Source of the DNA: Bacilli bacterium
GTDB lineage: Bacteria; Bacillota_I; Bacilli_A; RF39; UBA660
Assembly: GCA_900769635.1 (NCBI GenBank)
Contig: CAAGHJ010000014.1
Span: forward strand, 2,584 to 66,583
DNA length: 64,000 nt
Direction: 5' to 3'
In this document: one piece after another, positions 38,989-47,820 of the stretch
Layout of the letters: every line of letters begins with the position of its first letter
Position numbering within the stretch: position 1 is the stretch's first letter
Position numbers and translations under genes: made by a program
The notes under the pieces: model-generated
Databases searched by the model: none
The model's input: the letters and a program-made list of their open reading frames with translations, nothing else
What the model was told of the DNA's origin: nothing

Positions 38989-39594
38989 GTGATAATAATG
39001 GACAAAAAAGATATAGAAAAGTACATAAAAAAAATTAACAAGACACCCAAAACAAAGCCCCCCCTTTTAACAAGAATACTAACCAAAATCCTTGTTTGTC
39101 TAGTTCTCTTCCTCTCTATTTCCATACTCTATAAAACAAACCCAACTTTTCAAGAAAACTTTACCAAAAACTTCTATAAAAATATAAACTTTGCTAAAGT
39201 CAAAAAACTATATAACAAATACTTAGGAGGTATCTTTCCTCTTGAAAAATTTCCCACTAAAACCGAAACCGTATTCAGTGAAAAACTAAAATATATATCA
39301 AAGGAGCCCTATAAAGACGGTGTCAAATTAGAAGTCGATAACAACTATTTAGTACCCACTATAAATTCAGGAATGGTAGCCTTTATTGGAGATAAAGAAG
39401 ACTACGGAAAAACCATTATAATAAAAGGAGAAGACGGCATCGATATATGGTATGCAGGCATAAATAACCCTGCCGTGAAACTATATGACTATGTTGAAAA
39501 AGGAACATTCCTCGGTGAAACCACCACTAACACTCTATATCTAGTTTTTAGCAAAGACTCCGAAATACTAAACTATGAAAAACATCTCGATTAA
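38989..39594 (+). CDS. SpoIVFA-like protein with a degenerate LytM/M23 domain
   Basis: N-terminal TM. C-terminal M23-like fold with catalytic His replaced. Overlaps the M50 protease gene, as spoIVFA-spoIVFB does. Confidence 0.55.
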   Translation: MIIMDKKDIEKYIKKINKTPKTKPPLLTRILTKILVCLVLFLSISILYKTNPTFQENFTKNFYKNINFAKVKKLYNKYLGGIFPLEKFPTKTETVFSEKLKYISKEPYKDGVKLEVDNNYLVPTINSGMVAFIGDKEDYGKTIIIKGEDGIDIWYAGINNPAVKLYDYVEKGTFLGETTTNTLYLVFSKDSEILNYEKHLD

Positions 39595-40348
39595 GTTCCA
39601 TTCCACTTTCCTAATAATGGCCCTCGGCTTTGTTTTAACAGGATACTTCGTAAACCTTCTAATTCTCCTTAATATAATACTAGTCCACGAACTAGGACAT
39701 TACATCATCTGTTTAATCAAAAAATATCCAGTAAAAAACCTAACTATTTATCCCTTCGGGGGCCTCTTAAAAATAGAAGAATTTATAAATAGAGATATAG
39801 ATGACGAATTACTATTAGCAACTATGGGTATAATATTCCAGTCTCTATATTTTTTAATTATCCATTATCTGTATATACACGCAATAGTAAGAGAATACAT
39901 CTATGATATTTACAAAATCTACAATTATAGTATCCTTGTATTTAATATATTACCAATCTATCCCTTAGACGGAGCCAAAATCCTAAATCTCCTCTTATCA
40001 AAGAAACTAAGTTATAAACTATCCAATAACATAACCATATACATTTCCCTTATAACCTTACTCATAATGATGATTATAGGCTATTACAAATTAAACTATA
40101 CCTATATATTAGTATTAATAACCCTATCAATAAATATATATACCTTTTATAAGAAAAGAGAATACCTCTTTTACCGTTTTCTCCTTGAAAGATATCTCTA
40201 TAACATAACTTATAATGACATTAAAGTAATAACAAAAAAAGAAAAAATGCACAAAAACACAACCCATATCATAAAAACTGCTCAAAAATACCTTCCTGAG
40301 GCCAAGTATTTAAAAAAACTATTTGACAAAGCCCATAATATATGGTAA
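39575..40348 (+). CDS. Site-2 protease (M50 family), SpoIVFB-like
   Basis: HELGH zinc motif in a TM helix. Polytopic. Upstream of rplU as in Bacillus. Confidence 0.7.
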   Translation: MKNISIKFHSTFLIMALGFVLTGYFVNLLILLNIILVHELGHYIICLIKKYPVKNLTIYPFGGLLKIEEFINRDIDDELLLATMGIIFQSLYFLIIHYLYIHAIVREYIYDIYKIYNYSILVFNILPIYPLDGAKILNLLLSKKLSYKLSNNITIYISLITLLIMMIIGYYKLNYTYILVLITLSINIYTFYKKREYLFYRFLLERYLYNITYNDIKVITKKEKMHKNTTHIIKTAQKYLPEAKYLKKLFDKAHNIW

Positions 40349-40461
40349 AATTGGATATGTTTGTAAGACCTCTTAGTTGTTCATACAACCGCACTAAAAA
40401 GGTATAAACCATATAGGTACCTTCAAGGCGAGTCTTATAATAAAATGTAAGGAGGTAAGAA
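40349..40461 (+). promoter_or_regulatory. Putative L21 ribosomal-protein leader / promoter region
   Basis: 113-nt structured, GC-enriched leader immediately upstream of rplU. Firmicutes carry an L21 leader here. Confidence 0.3.
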
Positions 40462-40761
40462 ATGAAAGCTATTATCGAAACAGGTGGAAAACAATACTAC
40501 GTTAGTGAAGGCGATGTAATTTATATCGAAAAACTAGATGCCGAAGAAGGAAAAGAAGTTGTATTTGACAAAGTCCTTATGGCAGATGGAGTAGTAGGAA
40601 ACCCTTATGTAAAAGGTGCAAAAGTTGTTGGAGTTGTAGAAAAACAAGGAAAAGCCAAGAAGATAACAATATTTAGATATAAACAAAAGAAAAGATCTAC
40701 AAGAAAAAAACAAGGTCACCGTCAACCATATACCAAAGTTACTATTAAATCAGTAAAATAG
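40462..40761 (+). CDS. rplU: 50S ribosomal protein L21
   Basis: [18 protein letters not shown]. Confidence 0.95.
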   Translation: MKAIIETGGKQYYVSEGDVIYIEKLDAEEGKEVVFDKVLMADGVVGNPYVKGAKVVGVVEKQGKAKKITIFRYKQKKRSTRKKQGHRQPYTKVTIKSVK

Positions 40762-40768
40762 GTGAATT

Positions 40769-41062
40769 ATGATAAAAGTATATAATTATAAAGACAAAAT
40801 AACCATAAGTGGTCACGCGAGTTATAATGAGAAAGGACAAGATATAGTTTGTTCTTCTGTAAGTAGCATTGTAATGACTACAATTAATGCTATAAATAAC
40901 CTTGAAGAAGGTGCAATAAAAAGTGTTGTAAAGGAAGGTTATACGGAGATAATTATTCTAAAAAATTCCCTTATAGTAACAAAACTATTAGAAAATATGA
41001 TTAATTGTTTAAAATCAGTAGAAAAAAATTATCCAAAAAATATAAAAGTTAAGGAGGAATAA
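40769..41062 (+). CDS. prp: Ribosomal-processing cysteine protease Prp (YsxB)
   Basis: Conserved GHA...CSSVS motifs. Lies between rplU and rpmA. Confidence 0.85.
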   Translation: MIKVYNYKDKITISGHASYNEKGQDIVCSSVSSIVMTTINAINNLEEGAIKSVVKEGYTEIIILKNSLIVTKLLENMINCLKSVEKNYPKNIKVKEE

Positions 41063-41063
41063 T

Positions 41064-41354
41064 ATGGCTAAGTTCTTAGAATTAGATATACAATTATTTG
41101 CTCATAAAAAAGGACAATCATCTACATCAAACGGTAGAGATTCAGCAGGTCGTAGACTTGGAGCAAAAGCCGCAGACGGTGAATACATTTCCGCAGGATC
41201 TATAATTTATCGTCAAAGAGGAACTAAAATACATCCCGGAGAAAACGTAGGAAGAGGAACTGATGATACTCTTTATGCAAAAACATCTGGATATGTAAAA
41301 TATGAACATTATGGAAAAGATAGAAAAAAAGTTAGTGTTTATCTCGAAAAATAA
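41064..41354 (+). CDS. rpmA: 50S ribosomal protein L27 (with Prp-cleaved N-terminal extension)
   Basis: [17 protein letters not shown]... Confidence 0.95.
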   Translation: MAKFLELDIQLFAHKKGQSSTSNGRDSAGRRLGAKAADGEYISAGSIIYRQRGTKIHPGENVGRGTDDTLYAKTSGYVKYEHYGKDRKKVSVYLEK

Positions 41355-41368
41355 ACACTAATTTTTCT

Positions 41369-41396
41369 TTACTTTTATAAATTTAAAGTGTATAAT
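41369..41396 (+). promoter_or_regulatory. sigma-A-like promoter TTTACT-17-TGTATAAT for the paralog pair
   Basis: Extended -10. Confidence 0.4.
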
Positions 41397-41423
41397 AATA
41401 ATATAAGTAAAGGAGAGGGAAGT

Positions 41424-42644
41424 ATGTTAAGTTTTTTACTAGCTCTAACCCCCTGTGAACAACCCGATGTATTACAAATAATAAGAATTATAAAAACAAT
41501 AATGAAAATAATATGTATTGTAATACCAATATGCGTTTTCATATTTGTAACCATTGACTTTGCTAAAAATGTCATTGCTTCTGAAGAAAAAGATATAGAA
41601 GTAAATAAAAAATTAGCTCTTAAAAGGATACTAATGGGAGTAGCAGTATTTCTAGTTCCAACTATTGTTATGACAGTAAATAACATACTAGGTTCTCTTG
41701 GTGTAAATTATACAGACTGTTTAACCAATGCTACTGAAGATGGAATAGGACGAGCTAGAATAAATTACAGTGCTTATCAAAAAACATTAGAACTATCAAT
41801 CCAAAAAACACTGGAAGCATCTAAGCAAGAAAAACCATCATCAGGAGAAACAGTTGATAGAAGTAATGGTTTTGGTGAAATGAAAGGCCATAACACTGAA
41901 GAATCATCTGGCAATTCATCATCAGATACCCCCTCACAAACAGGATCATCTACATACTCAGGTAACAAAATATCTTGGAGTGAAGTAGATGGAAATAAAG
42001 TAAGAAGATTCATCCATAAAATGGAAGGAACAACAGATACTACCTGTAATAACAATACTGGCTATAAAGTAACGTATGATACCATCGCTAAAAGTGAAAC
42101 CACAGCTTACGGTATAACAAAAAAGTATACTATGAATACAATTCGTAGTTGTAGTAGACTATCAGACAGTGAAAAAAAATACTTTTCTGATTCTAATTTT
42201 GTAACAAATGCCTGTATATCAAAAAATATTATGGATAAAGCAGCTGATTGCATATACGACTCTCACGCATCTAGTATTGTTAACACCATTAAAAAAAATT
42301 GTGGCAGTGATGTAAAATTTACTGAAAATCAGTGGATAGCCATTATGGATGAAGCCAATAGTGGAATAGGTCACGCTACCGAATCATTTAAAAAGTACTG
42401 TTCAGCAGTTAAATCAGGAAAAAACGGAAACGACGCCCTTTTTTGGGAATACTTTAAAAGAAAAAGAATGAACCCAACTTGTGCTTATGTAGCCCGCCGT
42501 GATTGTGAAGCAAGATTATTCTTTGAGGGTGATGATACTTGTGGAGGACAAAGTCCTTATAATGCAAACTATAAATATAAATACGGTAAATATTTAGATA
42601 CAAGCGTTTATCGAATAACAAAAGACAATACTTGTAAAGGATAG
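41424..42644 (+). CDS. Membrane protein: conserved N-terminal two-helix module plus S/G-rich linker plus Cys-rich extracytoplasmic domain (possible lysozyme-like hydrolase)
   Basis: RBS AAGGAGAGG. Two TM helices. 10 Cys in the C-terminal domain. EG...YDT...AYGIT is faintly GH24-like. Confidence 0.6.
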   Translation: MLSFLLALTPCEQPDVLQIIRIIKTIMKIICIVIPICVFIFVTIDFAKNVIASEEKDIEVNKKLALKRILMGVAVFLVPTIVMTVNNILGSLGVNYTDCLTNATEDGIGRARINYSAYQKTLELSIQKTLEASKQEKPSSGETVDRSNGFGEMKGHNTEESSGNSSSDTPSQTGSSTYSGNKISWSEVDGNKVRRFIHKMEGTTDTTCNNNTGYKVTYDTIAKSETTAYGITKKYTMNTIRSCSRLSDSEKKYFSDSNFVTNACISKNIMDKAADCIYDSHASSIVNTIKKNCGSDVKFTENQWIAIMDEANSGIGHATESFKKYCSAVKSGKNGNDALFWEYFKRKRMNPTCAYVARRDCEARLFFEGDDTCGGQSPYNANYKYKYGKYLDTSVYRITKDNTCKG

Positions 42645-42655
42645 AAGGAGGAAAT

Positions 42656-43753
42656 ATGATAGACTTATTTTTAGCATTAAGCCCTTGTCAGCAACCAGAC
42701 GTACTACAAATAATAAGAATTATAAAAACAATAATGCAAATAATATGTATTGTAATACCAATATGCGTTTTCATTTTTGTAACAATTGATTTTGTCAAAA
42801 ATGTAATAGCATCAAGTGAAAAAGATATAGAAGGAAATACAAAACTTGCTATAAAAAGAATACTAATGGGAGTAGCAGTATTTCTAGTTCCAACTATAGT
42901 AATGGCTGTAAATAATATGCTTGGTTCACTTGGTGTTGACTATGCCTCTTGCTTAACCAATGCAACCAAAGACGGAATAGCCAAAGCCAAAGTAAACTAT
43001 AAAGCATATCAAGAGAGCCTAAATAATCAAATAAATAATACTATCAATAATAATAAAGAAGATAAACCATCATCAGGAGGAACAGTAAATAGAGATAACG
43101 GTTTCTCCAATCTAAAAGGACATAAGGAAGATAACAATTCTTCCGGTTCAGGTGGAAGCACTTCTGAAAGCGGTGGCGACGGTGCATCAGGAGGCGGAAC
43201 AGGTGGAACGAGAGGCGATAATAGTGATGGAACTAAAAAAGTTTTATATGTTGGTGACTCTCGTACTGTTGGAATGTGTAATGCAATGAAAATAACAAGT
43301 GATTGTATTGCCGAAGAAGGAAAAGGATTATCTTGGCTTAAAACCAAAAATGCTGACATAAAAAGAAAAACAAGTTCTAGTCAAACAACAAATCCATATA
43401 ATGTTGTAGTGTTTAATCTAGGAGTAAATGACTGCAAAGGGAAAAATAGTGCAGCTAATTATGCAGAATTTTATAATCAGTATGCAGAATATAACAAAAA
43501 TGTAAAAGTTGTAGTTACATCAGTTACACAAGTATTAAATTCCGTAGCCAAGAAAAACGGATATACTGTTATAAATGCTGATATAATAAGTTTTAATAAA
43601 GAATTAAAAAATAAGTTGAATAGTAATGTTCAGTATTGTGATGTATATGGTCCCATAACAGGACACGTGGTAAGTTCGGATGGAATGCATTATGATAATG
43701 AAACATACAAACTTGTATATGAAACTATCCAAAAATGCGTAAATGGTGGTTAG
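42656..43753 (+). CDS. Membrane protein: the same N-terminal two-helix module plus G/S-rich linker plus SGNH/GDSL hydrolase domain
   Basis: RBS AAGGAGG. SGNH block I YVGDSRTVG, block III GVNDC, block V DGMHY. N-terminal ~120 aa about 85% identical to the upstream paralog. Confidence 0.65.
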   Translation: MIDLFLALSPCQQPDVLQIIRIIKTIMQIICIVIPICVFIFVTIDFVKNVIASSEKDIEGNTKLAIKRILMGVAVFLVPTIVMAVNNMLGSLGVDYASCLTNATKDGIAKAKVNYKAYQESLNNQINNTINNNKEDKPSSGGTVNRDNGFSNLKGHKEDNNSSGSGGSTSESGGDGASGGGTGGTRGDNSDGTKKVLYVGDSRTVGMCNAMKITSDCIAEEGKGLSWLKTKNADIKRKTSSSQTTNPYNVVVFNLGVNDCKGKNSAANYAEFYNQYAEYNKNVKVVVTSVTQVLNSVAKKNGYTVINADIISFNKELKNKLNSNVQYCDVYGPITGHVVSSDGMHYDNETYKLVYETIQKCVNGG

Positions 43754-43760
43754 TATCATT

Positions 43761-43780
43761 AAACCCGAAAGGGTTTTTTT
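43761..43780 (+). terminator. rho-independent terminator (+ strand half of a bidirectional pair)
   Basis: AAACCC-GAAA-GGGTTT followed by a T-run. Confidence 0.55.
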
Positions 43781-43786
43781 GTATAT

Positions 43787-43806
43787 AAAAAAACCCTTTC
43801 GGGTTT
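43787..43806 (-). terminator. Terminator for the minus-strand tRNA-Ser
   Basis: Mirror hairpin AAACCC-TTTC-GGGTTT, preceded on the + strand by an A-run. Confidence 0.5.
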
Positions 43807-43818
43807 AATAAACATTAA

Positions 43819-43909
43819 TGGCGGAGACAGAGAGATTTGAACTCTCGCACCAGTTTCCCAGTCTACACCCTTAGCAGGGGCGCCTCTTCAACCTCTTGAG
43901 TATGTCTCC
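43819..43909 (-). tRNA. tRNA-Ser (anticodon GCT)
   Basis: Reverse complement reads GGAGACA...anticodon loop CTGCTAA...long variable arm...GAGAGTTCAAATCTCTC...TGTCTCCGCCA. Confidence 0.85.
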
Positions 43910-43976
43910 AAAAACGCTTACATACTAATTTTAACCCAAATTAAAGCGTTTGTCAATCCCTTTTTACAAAGTTTTA

Positions 43977-45083
43977 CTATCTTTTCGCCATCCACTGTTC
44001 AAAAGTCTCTCCACTATCATAAATTTCCTTAGCATAAACCTTACCAACATATCTATAATGCCAAGGTTCATACATATAACCAGTAATATATTCCTTATCC
44101 TTAGGATATCTCAAAATAAACCCATATTTATAAGAATTACTAATAAGCCAAGAATATTCCATCTCTCCATCCTCAATATAAGAAAAAGTACCATTCAAAA
44201 TATCAACAGCAAGCCCCGTCTGATGTTCACTATATCCCGCTCTTGCCGAATAAGTCTCAGCCTTATCAAACCCATCCATTAATACATACCTATTATACAA
44301 ATTATTCTGATAGTCATAACTCCTATAACCACTACCAATAAAAATATTAACTCCCTCTTTCTTAGCATCATCAGCCATAACCTTAAAAGCCTCATAACTA
44401 TCACTTCTCATATACTGATTTTTAACACCATAACTAAGACTAACACTAACAAGACCTTCAGGAACAAAACCACTATCAAGCTTATGATACTTATTAACAT
44501 ACACTAAAATATCATTCGGATTATTAACATCCATTACATTCGTATAATAATCATTATCAAGACCAATATTAACAAAAGTAACATTATCAATAAGCCCATT
44601 TTCCGGATGCATATTAGCATAATTAATATATCTCTCCAAATAACCACTAATATAATAATTACAATTCATAATCCTACTAAAATTCTCATTATACTTACTA
44701 CTAAGAAGATATTCAATATCCTTACTACTACCAACCCTATAAAACAAATTAATATCCCCATCACTGTATCCATTATCCAGAAAAAAATTAACCTCTTTAT
44801 TAAAATTATCCCTCTTAACATAACTAATATTAAGATAATCATCAAGGTAAACACCCTTATACAAATTATTACTAATAGCCCTCTCTAAAGTATCCGAATA
44901 CCCATTAACACTCTTTGCCAAATTCCTATCCGTAATATAATTAGCACTCCCCTTTGAGTATCCAATCCCCTCCAAGTAAAATTCACTAAGTTTACCACTA
45001 TTATAAACATAAATATATCCGCCCGTAATACCAATAAGGACCAAAAGCAAAATAAAACATTTCCTAATACTCATATTCTTCAT
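43977..45083 (-). CDS. D-alanyl-D-alanine carboxypeptidase (peptidase M15B, VanY-like)
   Basis: SGYRSYDYQ, SEHQTGLAVD and EPWHYRYVG zinc motifs. N-terminal signal-anchor. Confidence 0.85.
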   Translation of the reverse strand: MKNMSIRKCFILLLVLIGITGGYIYVYNSGKLSEFYLEGIGYSKGSANYITDRNLAKSVNGYSDTLERAISNNLYKGVYLDDYLNISYVKRDNFNKEVNFFLDNGYSDGDINLFYRVGSSKDIEYLLSSKYNENFSRIMNCNYYISGYLERYINYANMHPENGLIDNVTFVNIGLDNDYYTNVMDVNNPNDILVYVNKYHKLDSGFVPEGLVSVSLSYGVKNQYMRSDSYEAFKVMADDAKKEGVNIFIGSGYRSYDYQNNLYNRYVLMDGFDKAETYSARAGYSEHQTGLAVDILNGTFSYIEDGEMEYSWLISNSYKYGFILRYPKDKEYITGYMYEPWHYRYVGKVYAKEIYDSGETFEQWMAKR

Positions 45084-45187
45084 AATATCACCAACCATAT
45101 AACTATTATACACCAAAAAAGCAAATAAAATATACAATTATGTTGAAAAAATAAAAAAAGTCCTGTATAATGAAAGCGGTGATAAAA

Positions 45188-46087
45188 ATGTTAAAAGTTG
45201 AACACGTAACCAAAAAATACGGAACCCTAACCGCTGTAAATGATCTAAGCTTTACAGTTGAAGATGGAGAAATATTTGGACTTTTGGGCCTAAACGGGGC
45301 CGGTAAAACTACCACTTTTCGTATGATTCTGGGCCTCATCGATGACTATCAAGGCCAAATAACTATGGACTGTAAAAAGATAGACTATAATGTGACTGAT
45401 AAAATCGGCTTCTTAACTGAGGAACGAAGCCTTCTTACCAAATTAACCGTTATAGAACAAATAAAACTATATGGAGTTCTAAAAGGAATGAAAGAAGAAA
45501 CAATCGAAAAAGAATTAGATAAACTTCTAAGTAAATTTGGAATTACCGAATATAAAACCAAAAAAATAAAAGAACTATCCAAAGGAAATCAACAAAAAGT
45601 ACAATTCATATCAGCAATAATCCATAAGCCCAAACTACTCATATTAGATGAACCATTTTCCGGTTTAGATCCCATAAACGTCGAACTATTTAAAAAAATA
45701 ATCCTCGAACTACAAAAAGAAGGAACCAGCATAATATTCTCTTCCCATCGAATGGAACACGTCGAACTATTTTGCGAAAAACTAGTCGTTCTTGTCAAAG
45801 GAAAAAGTGTTCTTGAAGGATATCTAAAAGATATCAAATCCTCTTATAAGAAGAAAAATATCATTGTAAAAGGCGATATAAATAAGGAAGAATTAGAAAA
45901 AGAAGCAGGCGTTGTAAGTATAACTAAGGAAAAAGATACTTACCAAATCAAAATCAAAGACGATAGCTATGTAAGTAAAATATTCCAAAAAATTGCCAAA
46001 TATCCCAATATAACGGCCTTCAATGTCGAAGACGCTTCCCTTAATGAAATATTTATCGAGAAAGTAGGTGAAGTGTATGAAAAATAA
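45188..46087 (+). CDS. ABC transporter ATP-binding protein (ABC-2 type)
   Basis: Walker A GLNGAGKTT, signature LSKGNQQK, Walker B LLILDEP. Confidence 0.85.
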   Translation: MLKVEHVTKKYGTLTAVNDLSFTVEDGEIFGLLGLNGAGKTTTFRMILGLIDDYQGQITMDCKKIDYNVTDKIGFLTEERSLLTKLTVIEQIKLYGVLKGMKEETIEKELDKLLSKFGITEYKTKKIKELSKGNQQKVQFISAIIHKPKLLILDEPFSGLDPINVELFKKIILELQKEGTSIIFSSHRMEHVELFCEKLVVLVKGKSVLEGYLKDIKSSYKKKNIIVKGDINKEELEKEAGVVSITKEKDTYQIKIKDDSYVSKIFQKIAKYPNITAFNVEDASLNEIFIEKVGEVYEK

Positions 46088-47387
46088 ACTAAAATATCTA
46101 ATCAAAATGTCCCTTGATAAAAAAATTAAAACCAAGTGGTTTATAGTAGCCAATGTCATCTTCTTCATAGCTATTGCCGGCCTTGTAAATATAGACAATG
46201 TAGTAAAATTCTTTGGTGGCGATTTTGAAGAAACAACACATATAATGGTCCTTGATGAAGTTGGTGTATATGATACCTTTAGTGCAACCTATAAAAATGC
46301 CAGCAAATACATAGAAAATCTATCAAACACGAAAATAGAAAAATATACCAAAACCAAAAAAGACGGCGAAAAAGAAGTCGAAGAAGACAATGACAAAATA
46401 CTACTTGTCTTAGATAAAGACAAAAACAACTATCTCAAAGTCGATTTAATAAGTTATAACGGTGTTGATGCCTTAACCGAAACCGCCATAACAAGTACAT
46501 TAAACGAAGTAAAAGGTTCCCTAGTACTAGATAAATACAATACATCTCCAAAACTATTAGAAGAATTAAACACCAAAGTCGATGTAAATAAAGTAAGATT
46601 AGATAAAAAAGACACCGATAAATATACCGAACAAATAACAGGAGTAGTATTTCCCCTTATAATATTACCATTCTTTATGTTAAGTATGTTCTTAGTAGGT
46701 ATGATAGGGGCTGAAGTAAATGAGGAGAAAACCAGCAAAAGTATGGAAATCATAATATCAAACGTATCTCCAAAAGTTCACTTCTTCTCCAAAGTAATAG
46801 CCGGAAACCTCTTTGTTCTTATTCAAGGAGTATTACTCGTATTCTACGCCCTTGTTGGATTAGTAATAAGAATGCTTATATCAGGACCAAACCTATTAAG
46901 CACTATTCCAAGTGAAGCGAAAGAAATGGTAAATGTCATAACCCAAAGCGGAATAATGAGTAAAATAGGAATAATCCTACCAACAACCCTTATCCTAATG
47001 ATATTAACCTTTATAGGATATTCACTTCTAGCCGGAATACTCGCATCAATGACTACTAACCAAGAAGATTATCAACAACTCCAGACCCCAATTGTCATAA
47101 TTTCCCTTGTCGGATACTATATGTCAATGATGGCTTCTGTCTTTGAAGGATCAATCTTCATAAAAGTAGCTTCCTATGTCCCATTCATATCAGCATTACT
47201 TTCTCCAGTATTACTATTCCTAGGTCAAATAACATATATAGATGTCTTAATATCCCTCGGATTAATGATACTAGTAATATGGCTATTAATAAAATACGGA
47301 CTAAGAATATATAAAGTAGGAATACTAAACTACTCATCATCCAACTTGTGGAAAAAAATGTTCAAAGCCGTAAAAAATAAAGATTAA
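46068..47387 (+). CDS. ABC-2 family permease
   Basis: Polytopic membrane protein overlapping the ATPase stop. Confidence 0.7.
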   Translation: MKCMKNKLKYLIKMSLDKKIKTKWFIVANVIFFIAIAGLVNIDNVVKFFGGDFEETTHIMVLDEVGVYDTFSATYKNASKYIENLSNTKIEKYTKTKKDGEKEVEEDNDKILLVLDKDKNNYLKVDLISYNGVDALTETAITSTLNEVKGSLVLDKYNTSPKLLEELNTKVDVNKVRLDKKDTDKYTEQITGVVFPLIILPFFMLSMFLVGMIGAEVNEEKTSKSMEIIISNVSPKVHFFSKVIAGNLFVLIQGVLLVFYALVGLVIRMLISGPNLLSTIPSEAKEMVNVITQSGIMSKIGIILPTTLILMILTFIGYSLLAGILASMTTNQEDYQQLQTPIVIISLVGYYMSMMASVFEGSIFIKVASYVPFISALLSPVLLFLGQITYIDVLISLGLMILVIWLLIKYGLRIYKVGILNYSSSNLWKKMFKAVKNKD

Positions 47388-47393
47388 AAATAA

Positions 47394-47425
47394 AGTCCTT
47401 GACAATAGTGTCCAAGGACTTTTTA
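47394..47425 (+). terminator. rho-independent terminator
   Basis: AGTCCTTG...CAAGGACT followed by TTTT. Confidence 0.55.
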
Positions 47426-47473
47426 CTAATATTATAAGAAATATATACATATATTAATTATGAGGAACAAAAT

Positions 47474-47623
47474 ATGAACAAAATTATAAATAAAATAAGA
47501 AGTACCATAAGTAAAACAAACGAAGTAGATACAAAAGATTTCTTTACTCCTCGTGAATTAAAACAATTACAGTATCCTACCCCAAAAGAAGAGAGCAAAA
47601 TAAAGATAAAAATCGTAATATAA
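47474..47623 (+). CDS. Small ORF (49 aa, K/I-rich); possibly a leader peptide or small protein
   Basis: ATG 7 nt downstream of GAGG. Followed by the perfect palindrome TGCAGTTTTTCAAAAACTGCA. Confidence 0.25.
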   Translation: MNKIINKIRSTISKTNEVDTKDFFTPRELKQLQYPTPKEESKIKIKIVI

Positions 47624-47780
47624 CCCTTGCAGTTTTTCAAAAACTGCATAATACGAACTAGATAAGCTCCCCAAAAATAGGCATTTTAAGCCATAATTAC
47701 CTTACCAAAAATTTTCAAAATCTCTCTTTCAAAAAAATAAAAAATATAGGAAAAAATGTTTGCATTTTTAAAACAAGTGT

Positions 47781-47790
47781 GCTATAATAT
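47781..47790 (+). promoter_or_regulatory. Extended -10 TGCTATAAT upstream of typA
   Basis: TGnTATAAT. Confidence 0.35.
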
Positions 47791-47820
47791 GCTAGGTATG
47801 CAGAAAGAAGAGGTAATATT

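Noticed and set aside
43950-44888. + strand ORFs (110 and 93 aa) inside the VanY-like gene
   Set aside because: They are antisense to a CDS with intact M15B zinc motifs. Their translations are I/N-rich low complexity.
47458-47649. 63-aa minus-strand ORF from the ORF track
   Set aside because: It is hydrophobic, has no RBS, and lies opposite a + strand small ORF that does have an RBS. It also overlaps the palindrome. I reported the + strand ORF at low confidence instead.
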